Shown: positions 1 through 16,513 of the stretch, piece after piece | Layout of the letters: every line of letters starts with the position of its first letter | Numbering within the stretch: the first letter of the stretch is position 1 | Assembly (NCBI GenBank): GCA_964016885.1 | Contig: OZ024741.1 | Coordinates: 317,812,001 to 317,876,000, forward strand | DNA from: Eledone cirrhosa | Taxonomy: Eukaryota | Length of the DNA stretch: 64,000 nucleotides | Reading direction: 5' to 3' | The notes under the pieces: generated by a model | What the model was told of the DNA's origin: nothing | The model's input: the letters and a program-made list of their open reading frames with translations, nothing else | Databases searched by the model: none | Position numbers and translations under genes: made by a program

Positions 1-511
1 ATATGTATATATATGTATATATATATATGTATATATATATATATGTGTATATGTATATATATGTATATATATATATGTGTATATGTATATATATATGTGT
101 ATATGTATATATATATATGTGTATATGTATATATATGTATATATATATATGTGTATATATATGTATATATGTGTATATGTGTATATGTATATATATGTAT
201 ATGAATATATATGTATATATATATATATATATATGTGTATATGTATATATACGTATATATATATATATGTGTATATGTATATATATATGTGTATATGTAT
301 ATATACGTATATGTGTATATATGTATATATATGTGTATATATATATATGTGTATATGTATATATATGTATATATATATGTATATGTATATATATATGTGT
401 ATATGTATATATATATATGTGTATATGTATATATATATATGTGTATATGTATATATATATATGTATGTGTATATGTATATATATGTATATTTATATATAT
501 ATGTATATGTA

Positions 512-549
<38 letters not shown>

Positions 550-793
550 TATGTATATATATATGTATATATATGTATCTATATATATATCTAGATATAT
601 ATATATATATGTATATGTATATATATATGTATGTATATGTATATGTATGTATATATATATATCTGTTTATATATGTATATGTATATATGTATATGTATGT
701 ATATATATATATATGTATATGTATGTATATATACATATATGTATATGTATGTATATATACATATCTATATATGTATATGTATATGTATATATC

Positions 794-827
<34 letters not shown>
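1..827. repeat. (TA)n microsatellite array with TG interruptions
   Basis: Direct reading: TATATATG-type units throughout. Confidence 0.98.
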
Positions 828-2823
828 AGATTACTAAATGAGGAGAATGCATGGCAAGAAGAGACCCTACCCCAAGTAGACCCTATAGAGGGACCAACAA
901 TACAAGTCAGCAGCAGCGTAGTAAGTAAGGCAATCAAAGATATGAAGATGGGGAAAGCAACCCGGACCATCGGGTATAGCTGCCGAGATGCTGAAGGCAT
1001 CTGGGTCTGTAGGTCACACTATAACCACACGTATCGTTAACCAGGTAATTACTAGAAGGTGCCATACCAAAAGATTGGTGCAGTAGCATCATTGTCAACT
1101 GCTACAAAGGTAAAGGTGATGCACTAGATAGAGGAAACTATAGAGGTATTAAGTTGATGGACCAGGTCATGAAAGTAACAGAAAGAGTTATAGCACAGCT
1201 GATTAGGGACCGGGTGAAAATAGACGAGATGCAATTTGGGTTTGTACCAGGAAGACGCACCACTGATGCCCTCTTCCTTGTGAGGCAATTACAGGAAATG
1301 TACCTAGCTAAAAGTAAGCCACTCTACTTTGCATTTGTCGACCTTGAGAAAGCCTTTGACAGAGTTCCACGTGCTGTAATCTGGTGGGCTCTTAGAAAAC
1401 TAGGAGTAGATGAATGGCTTGTGAAAGCGGTACAAGCCATGTATAGGGGAGCAGTCAGCAAAGTTAGGATTAGCAATGAGTATAGCGAGGAATTTAGCGT
1501 ACAGGTTGGGGTCCACCAGGGCTCTGTTCTTAACCCCCTCCTGTTCATCATAGTCTTGCAGGCAATAATGGAGGAGTTTAAGACCGGATGCCCATGGGAA
1601 CTCCTGTATGCTGATGACCTCGTACTCATAGCTGAATCTATGGTAGAACTAGAGAATAAATTCCAACTTTGAAGCAGGGACTAGAAAGAAAGGGTCTCAA
1701 AGTCAACATGACAAAGACTAAGGTCCTTGTAAGTAGACGAGAAAACAGACCCAGATCCCCTCAGGGAAATGGCCTTGCTCAGTATGTAGAAAGGTGAGGG
1801 TAGGAACTCCATTCTCTGCTCCAAATGCAAACAATGGGTACACAAGAGATGTAGCGGGATCTCAGGAAGCTTAATAAGAATGTAGGCTTCACATGCAGCA
1901 GCTGTGCTGAGACAGCAGGGCAGCAAACAGCCACAGGAAACAAGTACCACCAATCTCTGGGAGGGCCCTGTAGAAACAGTAGACAGCTTCTGCTACCTAG
2001 GTGACCGAATTAGCAGCGGCGGTGGGTGTTCAGAAAGTACAATAACTAGGGTAAGAACCGGATGGAAGAAGTTTAGGGAACTACTACCACTGCTAGCTGC
2101 AAAAGGCTTCTCCCTCAGAATGAAAGGCAGACTGTATGATGCGTGTATCCGAACAGCGATGTTGCATGGTAGTGAGACCTGGGCGCTGAAGGTGGACTTA
2201 CGTAGATTAGAGAGAAACTAAGCTTGCATGCTCCGATGGATGTGTAACAGTAATATACGTGAACGACAAAGCATAAATGAATTGAGAGAGAGACTGAGCA
2301 TAAGAGGAATCAAATGCTGTGTGCAGGAGAGGCGGTTGCGCTGGTATGGACATGTGATGCGTATGAAGGATGACAGCTGCATAAAAAGGTGCAGAGCACT
2401 AGAAGTTGATGGAAACCGGGAGTGGGAGACCCAAGATGACCCTGGGATGAGGTGATAAAAAGCCGACCTTACCCAATTGCACTCTCAAAGACAATGACAC
2501 ACGACTGTGACTTCTGGCGTCACGCAGTAATACAGAGTACCCCGACCTCCCATGGGTACAAGCTGAAGCATATAGACAATATGCCCCACACCCTCCCACT
2601 GCAAAGTGGTCGTGGAGGTGCCACGGCAAAAAAGCACCCAGCCCACACTGTAAATGAGGTTGGTGTTAGGAAGGGCATCCTGCTGTAGAAATCAAGCCAA
2701 ATCAGTTCCTGTATGAGCAAGGCATGGTCAGCCGACCAGACACTGCCCACCAACAGGACAACCCGTCTAACCCATGCTAGCGTGGAAGAACGGACGTAAA
2801 ACGGTGATGATGATGATGATGAT
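828..2823 (+). mobile_element. 5'-truncated RTE-clade LINE (RT pseudogene plus 3' tail ending in (GAT)n)
   Basis: ORF pieces with RT motifs QFGFVPGR, FVDLEKAFDRVPR, GVHQGSVLNPLLF, LLYADD, FCYLGD, MLHGSETW, RLRWYGHV; frameshifts and stops; ends ...cggacgtaaaacggtgatgatgatg. Confidence 0.93.
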
Positions 2824-2847
2824 GGTATATGTATATATATATATATT

Positions 2848-2960
<113 letters not shown>

Positions 2961-3064
2961 GTATATGTAACGTTACCACGAACCAAAGTATCGTCTTCCT
3001 GTCTTCCTCCGGTTGCAACGTTTTTTGAAATATCCAGTTCTGCATTTACAGATTGACTTTGTTA

Positions 3065-3100
3065 GTTTCAGAAGATCCCGTTAAGGGTGAAAGCAGCGAT
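3065..3100 (+). ncRNA. Degenerate hammerhead-ribozyme-like motif
   Basis: CAGAAGA-t-CCC-gttaa-GGG-t-GAAA; first box has T>A relative to CUGANGA; stems I/III unclear. Confidence 0.35.
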
Positions 3101-3133
3101 TCTTTGCTTAAACTTTAATCTGTTATTTTAATA

Positions 3134-3167
3134 AATATATATATATGTATATATATATGTATATATG

Positions 3168-3209
<42 letters not shown>

Positions 3210-3291
3210 TATGTATATGTATATATATATATATGTATATATATATGTATATATGTATATATATATATGTATATATATATATATGTATATA

Positions 3292-3385
<94 letters not shown>

Positions 3386-3531
3386 TATATGTATATGTAT
3401 GTATATATATATATATATGTATATGTATATATATGTATGTATATATATATATATATGTATATGTATATATATATATATGTATATATATATGTATATGTAT
3501 ATATATATGTATATATATGTATATATATATG

Positions 3532-3566
<35 letters not shown>

Positions 3567-4133
3567 GTATATATATATGTATGTATATATATATATGTAT
3601 ATATATATGTATATATATATGTATATATATATCTATATATGTATGTAAATTTTAGTACAGCATAGACGAAGCTCTAGTATACGGCCAAGCTAGCGTGTAT
3701 GCTTATTCGGTTTGTAGCTTTCGCACTCAGATGAGGTAAGACCCCAGAGTATAACATTATGTTCAGACAGCTTAGCAAATTAGATATAGCAGTCAGCAGT
3801 CCGACCGCATCACTAGAGCAACGAAAATACAGGACCCAGGTAAAGATTTTTACTATATGTATGTATATATATATATATATGTATATATATATGTATATAT
3901 ATATATATGTATATATATATATGTATATATATATATATGTATATATATATATGTATATATATATATGTATATATATATATGTATATATATATATGTATAT
4001 ATATATATGTGTATATATATATGTATATATATATATATGTGTATATATATATGTATATATATATATATGTGTATATATATATGTATATATATATATGTGT
4101 ATATATATATGTATATATATATGTATATATATG

Positions 4134-4178
<45 letters not shown>

Positions 4179-4335
4179 GTATATATGTATATATATATAT
4201 ATGTATATATGTATATATATATATATGTATATATGTATATATATATATATATGTATATATGTATATATATATATATGTATATATGTATATATATATATAT
4301 GTATATATGTATATATATATATATATGTATATATG

Positions 4336-4366
<31 letters not shown>

Positions 4367-4460
4367 GTATATATATGTATATATATATATGTATATATAT
4401 GTATATATATATATATATGTATATATATGTAGATATATATATGTATATATATGTATATAT
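3134..4460. repeat. Two (TA)n/TATG arrays (3134-3646, 3855-4460) separated by ~200 bp of unique sequence
   Basis: Direct reading. Confidence 0.95.
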
Positions 4461-6373
4461 ATTCTTTTACTCTTTTACCTGTTTCAGCCATCCGGCTGAG
4501 GCCATGCTGGGGCACCGCCGTTGTTGCTACACATTTTATCTCCAGCCTGTATAGGTTGGCCACTGGTGTAAGAGGGAGTTTGTTGCTGCTGCCCTTAGGT
4601 TTCCCTCGTGTCTTGCTGTGGGCTCATCCGGGATCCTGGATAACAAGGTGTCGAGATGTTTCTTAAAGACATCGACCTCCACGTCATGCAAGTCTCTCAG
4701 ATGCCTCGGTAGCCTATTGAAGAGTTGAGGGCCCTTGAATCCCAGGCTATTGCAATACCTGCTCCTTATTCTAGATCTGGAAGACGTGACCTTTGGCACC
4801 ACACAGTGACGTCCTGTTCGACGGTTGGTCCAGCTCCCAATGCCAAAGTTTGGTGCTAGTGCCTCCAGGATTTTCCACATGTAGATCACTGCGTATCTCT
4901 CCCGTCTTCGCTCCAAGGAGTAGAGGTTCAGTTCCTTCAGCCTCTCCCAGTAGCTTGTCTCCCTCATCTTGGCAATCCTCTTTGTGTAGCTTCGCTGGAT
5001 TGCCTCAAGCTCTGTGGTTAGTTTGACACTATGGGGTGACTACAACTGGCAGCAATAGTCCAGGCGGCTTAGGACAAAAGTCCTCCACAGTGTCAACATG
5101 GTGTCTCGATCTCTTGTCCGGAAAGTCCTCAAGATCCAGCCAGCGAGTCGTCTGCACGTTGTCGCCACTTTCATGATGTGTGAAGAAAAAGATGCATCAT
5201 CGCTCATGTCTATGCCCAGGTCTCGTATCGATTTTGACACGGGGATATCGGTCCCTCCTGGTCCTGTGTAGCTGTGTTCCACTATATTTGTGTTTGCAGG
5301 TTTGTATTGTAGGGCTTGGTATTTGCCAGCATTAAACTGCATGTTGTTTTCTTCCGCCCATCTGTATATGGCATCCAGATCCTGCTGTAAAAGGGCAGCG
5401 TCAGCCGGGTTTTTGATTGCCTGTGCTACCTTAGTGTGATCAGCATAGCTAGTGAGGGATGTTGTTGCATGCACCACAGAGGGCATGTCCGAGAGAGCCA
5501 CCAAAAACAGTAGTGGTCCCAGGATTGTCCCCTGGGGCACCCCACTTGTTATCGGTGTTTCCCTCGAGAGGGCCCCATTTGCTGCAACTGCCTGGCTTCT
5601 GTCCCTTAGGAAGCCATGCAGCCACTCACCTACTTTTCCAGTTATGCCGAGTCCGTGTAGTTTGTGACATATCATTCCGTGGTCGACCTTGTCAAAGGCC
5701 TTCGCAAAGTCAAGATATATCACGTCCACATGTGAGCTGTCTAGTAGTTGTCTCAGTACCCAGTCGTAGTGATGTAGAAGCTGTGTAAGGCAGCTTCTTC
5801 CTGGGCGGAAGCCATGTTGCGTGCTAGTCAGGCGGTCATTTTCTTCGAGGAAAGTGATTAGTTTCTTTCTGACGACTCGCTCCATGACCTTACTGATATG
5901 CGACGTCAGGGAGACTGGCCTATAGTTCTTGGCCTCCGCTCAACTACCTCCTTTATGGATAGGGCATATTGTGCCTTCTTTCAGCTCCCTGGGTAGTACA
6001 CCGCTAGCCAAGGAGTTTCTGAAGAGCATCTTCAGTGGAGTTGCTAAGGCCCGCTTACATATTTTTAAGAGAACTGCTGGGAATCCATCAGGTCCAGCAG
6101 CCGAGTCTGTTCTAATTTCATCAATGGCGTACACCACATCCTCCTCTGTTATGTCAATGTGGTTGATGGTTGCCATTTCTTGATGTGGTGTTGTGGCATC
6201 AAAGAACTCCTCTGGCTTCGTTATTTGCATGTGCCTCAGTGGACATGTGAAGACACTTTTGTACTGTTCGTTCAGTATTTCACATATCTCTTGGGGGTTT
6301 TCGGTTAATGAACCGTCCGTGTGGAAGTGTGGCCCAATCTTGCAGTGTACTGAGGCAGTTTCTTTTGCAAATT
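4461..6373 (-). mobile_element. 5'-truncated CR1-group LINE (RT pseudogene)
   Basis: Minus ORFs: SAAGPDG, QHGFRPGRSCLTQLL, YLDFAKAFDKVDH, SGVPQGTILGPLLF, YADHTK (YADD mutated), RDLGI, SYWERLKELNLYSLERRR; 3' end ...gctgaaacaggtaaaagagtaaaagaat. Confidence 0.92.
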
Positions 6374-6374
6374 T

Positions 6375-7724
<1,350 letters not shown>

Positions 7725-8280
7725 GATTGGGAATACGGAAGATGATGTGGTTGAGAGGAAGAGCAAGGCCTGGGCGGCGTGTCACAGCTTGAGATCGGTG
7801 TGGAAGTCGGACCTTCGTAGAGACCTGAAAATCCGCCTCTTCATTGCTGTAGTGGAGTCTGTGCTGCTGTATGGGTCTGAGACTTGGACACTGACCAAGA
7901 AACTCACTCAGATGGTGGATGGGTGCTACACGAGAATGCTGAGGATGGCTCTAAACATTAATCAGTATACACTGAGGATGAAAAACTCAGAGCTGTATGG
8001 GAGCATCCCAAAAGTCAGCTCAAAAGTGACACAGAGGAGACTGAGGTTGGCTGGACATGCTCACCGAAATCCAGAGTTGACATTGCACTCAGTGCTCCTT
8101 TGGGAGCCCCTACATGGACACACTAGAAGAGGAAGACCAAAGTTAACATATGTTGATGCCCTAAGGACAGACACTGGTCTGTTGGAGATGCAGGATATGG
8201 CAGCGATAATGAGGGACAGAGACCGCTGGAGAGAACTCGTCCATGGATCTCGGGAATTTTACCCGCCTTAGATAGATAGA
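7725..8280 (+). mobile_element. 3' fragment of an RTE/RTE-X-type LINE ORF2
   Basis: [22 protein letters not shown]...RRLRLAGH...[17 protein letters not shown]; ends in (TAGA)n. Confidence 0.88.
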
Positions 8281-8377
8281 TATGTATATATATATGTATA
8301 TATATATGTATATATATATATGTATATATATATGTATATATATATATATGTATATATGTATATATATATGTATATGT

Positions 8378-8410
<33 letters not shown>

Positions 8411-8739
8411 TATATATATGTATATGTATATATATATATGTATATGTATATATATATGTATATGTATATATATATCATCATCAACGTTTAACGTCCGTGT
8501 TCCACGCTTGCATGGGTTTGGACGGGGGTTTTCCCACTTGAGGCAAGAATGATTGTCTTGCTCGCATAGGACTGTCTGGCGGGTTTTCTACAGCTGGATG
8601 TCCTTCCTAACACCAACCACATTTACAGTGTGGGGCTGGGAGGTTTTTACCGTGTTGCCTACATATATATGTATGTATATATATATATGTATGTATATAG
8701 AGATTACAGTAATCAAAGTTCAGTTTAAGTCATTTATTT

Positions 8740-8784
8740 GCTTACAATTGTTTCCTCCAAACCGAGGTTTGGATTCTTCGGAGC
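8740..8784 (-). ncRNA. Minimal type-I hammerhead ribozyme (core CCGAAGA, one substitution)
   Basis: Minus strand: gct-CCGAAGA-a-TCCAAAC-ctcg-GTTTGGA-g-GAA-ACAATTGT-A-agc; 7-bp stem II, palindromic stem III, GUA site. Confidence 0.7.
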
Positions 8785-9126
8785 AGCTATTATATGTATG
8801 TATATATATATATGTATATATATATGTATGTTTATATATGTATGTATATATATATGTATGTATGTATATATATATGTATATATATATGTATGTATATGTA
8901 TATATATATATATGTATATATATGTATATATATATATGTATATATATATATGTATATATATATATGTATATATATGTATATATATGTATATATATATATG
9001 TATATATATATATGTATATATATATATGTATATATATATGTATGTATATGTATATATATATATGTATATATATATGTATGTATATGTATATATATATATA
9101 TATGTATATATATATGTATGTATATG

Positions 9127-9197
<71 letters not shown>

Positions 9198-9378
9198 ATG
9201 TATATATATATATATGTATGTATGTATATGTATATATATATATATGTATGTATGTATATGTATATATATGTATGTATGTATATGTATATATATATATATG
9301 TATGTATGTATATGTATATATATATATATATATGTATGTATAATATAAGATCAAAAGATGGTTAAAGGAGTTCAATAT

Positions 9379-9447
9379 ATTTTATTATGCGCATTTCAAA
9401 AACAAACATCATCAAACAATAATATTTGTGTTTTCATCAGATAAAAC
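9379..9447 (-). ncRNA. Type-I hammerhead ribozyme, intact core
   Basis: Minus strand: gttttat-CTGATGA-[long stem II]-GAA-ATGCGCAT-A-ataaaat; palindromic stem III, AUA site. Confidence 0.8.
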
Positions 9448-9619
9448 AGGAGAACATGATATGAAGGCTAAAAAAACACTTGTTGATAGTGCAGTTTTAA
9501 ATCAACATATGAAAAGTGGTTTTAGATTGATGTGTGATATTGGGAAAAATATATTATTTAGAGAGGGGGGGAGAGAAAAGGATGAAAAGGGAAGGAGATG
9601 AGAGGGAGAGATGGGTGAT

Positions 9620-12477
<2,858 letters not shown>

Positions 12478-12478
<1 letters not shown>

Positions 12479-12890
12479 GGGAGAGATGACCCCTTAGCCT
12501 TTGTCAAGGCAGAATTCTAGGAGAAGGAAAACTCTGATATAACACCTGCAACCCTGATGGTATCCAATGATGTTGACTTGTTCTTCTTTTTGGTAAATAT
12601 CCTCTTGGTTAAGAGAGTGGGACTGGCTTTGTGCAGTGCATTTGCTCACTATAAAAGCTTCACAGCACAGGCATTGCTTTATATCTGGAGATCTCTCTGC
12701 ACTTGTCGTCTCATGGTACCATGGGCCCAGCACTATGCGTCAATAATTGTCACAAGTGTAGTGTTTGTATCAGAGTTTTCAAGTCGCTGGCTGGACTAAG
12801 AAGTCACACTCGTTCAGCACATCGGTGGGGGTTCTCCTACATGGATATAAAGTAGTGGCCATACTCGAAAACGAGTTGGCAGCAACTATA
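12478..12890 (+). mobile_element. Probable RTE 5'-UTR-like / non-autonomous retroelement fragment
   Basis: Contains ctaggagaaggaaaactctga, which I recall from RTE 5' regions; flanked by TA arrays; no ORF support. Confidence 0.35.
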
Positions 12891-12909
12891 TATATATGTA
12901 TATGGATGC

Positions 12910-13046
12910 ACATGGCTTAGTGGTTAGAGCATTGGCCTTGCAATCAAAAGGTTGTGAGGTCAATTCTCAGACCAGGTGATGTGTTGTTTCCTTGAGCAAG
13001 ACACTTTATTTCACATTGCTCCAGTTTACTCAGCTCTAGAAATGAG
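12910..13046 (+). mobile_element. tRNA-derived SINE head fused to an RTE-type tail
   Basis: A-box-like tggcttagtggtt, degenerate B-box, gtgttgtttccttgagcaagacactt; related copies at 55385-55455 (+) and ~61990-62245 (-). Confidence 0.75.
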
Positions 13047-13282
13047 ATGATAGGACTGGGTTCCCTATCATTCCACTGCAAAGTGGTCGTGGAGATGCCA
13101 CGGCAAAAAAAGCACCCAGCCCACACTGTAAAGTGGACGTGTAGGCACCACGAAAAAAAAGCACCCAACGCTCACTGATGATGATTATGATGATATGTGT
13201 ATATATATGTATATATATATGTGTGTATATAAAATACAATATGTTGGAAGGGTAACACACTAGAGAGAGAGAGAGATAGTGT

Positions 13283-13491
13283 ACCATCAATAAAACAGGG
13301 AAAACCACCAGTGTTTGGAATCTACAACCTATGGAAGGCTGGGTAGACAGACAATAATTAAAATGCATATACGCACCTCTAATACTATTATATAGTTATA
13401 GAGGTGCGTATATGCATTTTAATTTATATTTTTAATTATTGTGTGTTATAGATTGCATACACTGATGGTTTTTCCCTGTGTTATTGATGGT
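13283..13491. repeat. Fold-back inverted repeat (~210 bp)
   Basis: Inner arms aattaaaatgcatatacgcacctct / agaggtgcgtatatgcattttaatt; outer arms accatcaataa..cagggaaaacca / tggtttttccctg..ttattgatggt. Confidence 0.85.
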
Positions 13492-14149
13492 TCATCATCT
13501 TAGGAGATGGTTCATCATCTTCCTGACTGTAAAGTGTATGCCATTGCATAGAAGTAGCAGGTCCATGTTTTTCAAAAGGATGATGGAAGTTCAAATCCTT
13601 TATATTATATGTAGATATAGATAATTGTGTGTGTGCATCTGAATCGTATGTTTAATTCTCTGTGTATCTGTTTAAGTATTTACGTGAAGACGTGTGTGTA
13701 TGTAACTTACTAAGGCGCAAACACACTCACACACTCATATACAAAATGTGACGTGGTCATCATGTTATAAATTATCCGTTTACTTGTCTATAGTAGATTA
13801 TTTTAGATAAAGTGTTATATTGTTTTAATCCAAATGAAAATAAAAAATTATATGTTGCTACTCTGGGGTCTCATACTATTACCTTGTAAAATTTTATTTG
13901 ATTTGGTCAAGCCATTTTGGAATGCATAAGGATAAGACAGACAGAGAGAGACAAAGAATTTGTTTTTTTTATGGTGTTGCACGACCACTTTACAATGTGG
14001 AATGGGCACTTTTCTTGTGACACCTACATGACCACTTTATAGTGTGGGCTGGGCTCTTTTGTCGTTGCTCATGGAGGGGGTTGGGAAGATGCTTGGGGAA
14101 TTGGGAATGTAAGTATAGAGGTGGGATGATTACAGCAAGGGAGATGGCA

Positions 14150-15660
14150 GGGGAAGGTGTTGCCTACTAGATATATGCCTCAGCTTGAGCATATGGGAGG
14201 GAAGGCCTTATGCAATACTTCATTGCGCCAGAGATCACTGTCATGTGAGGTGTAATTGTGCAAAGTCAGCTTTTATTACCTCTTCCCAAGTCTTCCTAGC
14301 CTGCCCACTCCATGGCTACCATCAACTTTGAGCACTCTGCACCTTTTTATACATCAGTCATCCTGCATATATATATATGTGATGCATGGGTTAAACCAGT
14401 TGTCGGGTTATGAGACTAATCAGGTCAGCTGACTAGTCTTGCTCATATGGATCTGTATTTTGGCTTGGTTTTTATGTCTGGATGCCCTTCCTGATACCAG
14501 CCATTTTATAGCGTTGACTGTTTGCTTTTTATTGTGGCACCAAATTGACCCTCTAACAAGGTCGACTGGGTGCTTTGCCATCATGTCACCAGCACGACTA
14601 CCTTACAGGTTGAACTGGGTGTTTTTGTTGTTGTGGCACCTGCCCCATAACCATACAGGGTGGACTAAGTGCTTTTTGTTATGTACCCATAGTTTGCATT
14701 TGGCACATAAGATGGAATTTCTACCCACTCCTTTCCTAGACACTGGGCAAAGCCATTTTGCTATGTTAACTTTAAGACCTTTTGCTTCCACGCTTCTTCC
14801 AGGTTTGGAATTTCTTCTCTAATTCTACCATAGATTCGGCTACAAGGGTTAGATCATCTGCATATAGGAGTTCCCATGGGCAGCTAGCCTTAAACTCTTC
14901 TGTTATTGCCTGGAGGATAATAACAAAAAGGAGAGGGCTAAGAACAGACCCTAGTGGAACCCCATTTGCATACTAAATTCCTCGCTCACAATAATCATTG
15001 TAAATTCTAACCTTGCTGATTGGTCATCCACCCTTAGTTTTTTTAAGAGATCACCTGGTTATGGAGCAGGGTACTCTGTCAAAAGCTTTCACCAGGTCAA
15101 CAACTGCCAAGTAGAGTGGCTTACTTTTAGCTAAGTACTTCTGCTGTTGCCTCACAAGGAAGAGGGCATCACTGGTACTTTTACCTGGCACAAATCCAAA
15201 CTGCATCTCATCTAGGTTAACTTGATCCCTAATCAGCTGTGCTATAAATAACTTTTTCTGTGACCTTTATAACCTAGTTTATCAACTTGATGCTTTTGTA
15301 GTTTCCTCTGTCTATTGCATCTCCTTTGCCTTTATCAGTGTTGATAATGAGGCTGCTATGTCAGTCATTGGGTACAACACCATTTTGTATTACTTGGTTT
15401 ACGGTATGTGTGGTGAAAGTGTGACCTACGATCCCAGATGCTTTCAGCATCTCAGCAACTATCCCTGATTGTCTCTCTGTTGAGTTGACTTGGGGCACTG
15501 ACTGTCTTCCTCCCATGCATTCTCCCCATTCAACATTCTCTCGTAATGGCACTTCCATGTTACTTTCTTTTCAGCATCAACGAAGGCATGTCTTCCACTA
15601 TCATCTTGGACATACTACCTTGTAATCCTGAACCCCTCATGTCTTTGGTCCTCACATCTT
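14150..15660 (-). mobile_element. Degenerate RTE LINE fragment with an inserted RTE-tail copy
   Basis: Minus strand encodes [33 protein letters not shown]; same family as 828-2823. Confidence 0.85.
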
Positions 15661-16243
15661 AAAACATGCATAAACGTTTTATTTTCTGCTTCCCTCCTTG
15701 CAAAGTATACTTATCACTTAGCTTTTTCGTAATGTTCTTTGCTTTCCCCTTTTTGCTATTCTTTCCATACCTGTTTCTTGGCCTTAACTGACTTTTTTTT
15801 CTATAACTATATTGTGTTTTAAAATAATTTCTTCTAACTTTTTTTTCAGATTTACTATCCCCAGAATAAGTAAACATTCCAACTGATTAAGTGAACATGG
15901 CGTGCTCCACCAACTTGAAATCAAGTTTAATTCAACTTCATTACTGAAGCTTCTTCTCCTTTCTATGTCAGTCCTTTGAAATACAAGTCAAACTGGATTA
16001 TTAAACAACCAAACAAAAGTCTTTTTGCAGGTGGAATTAGCCAGACAAATTTTTAAAAAAAGATTGCAGCATTTTTGTTTCATTTTTATTTCTTTGTATG
16101 ACTTTGTAATTCAAGTAGTCACAGTTCTTGGCTTCATGTGTTCCTCTCTTTATAAACAAAAAGACCCAAAGAAAAACGGTGATGCCTGTTCATTTTTAAA
16201 TCCGCACCCTTTTTATTTAAGTGCCCCCAATTTTCCATTCAAA

Positions 16244-16479
16244 ATGAATACGCCACACCACCACCATTACAATATGCCTCCCAATCATCATCATCATCAT
16301 CAAATGAATTTTGATATTTGTAACCGCAGCTGCAGTAACAGCAACAACAATAGCTGCAGCAACAACAGCTGTGGTAACAACAGTTGCAGCAACAACAGTT
16401 GCAACACCAACAACAACAGCTGCGGCAACAACAACAGCTGTGGCAACAACAGCAATACTGCTCCCATAAATAACTGTCG

Positions 16480-16513
<34 letters not shown>

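Noticed and set aside
3647-3854. Possible hammerhead (minus-strand cGAAAGCTA)
   Set aside because: No properly placed CUGANGA box or stem I found.
12910-12980. tRNA gene
   Set aside because: A/B boxes are degenerate, no full cloverleaf, and it continues into a SINE body.
16025-16135. ORF-track start of ZNF-A
   Set aside because: Non-ATG (TTG) start overlapping a splice-acceptor-like sequence; first ATGs are 16136 and 16244.
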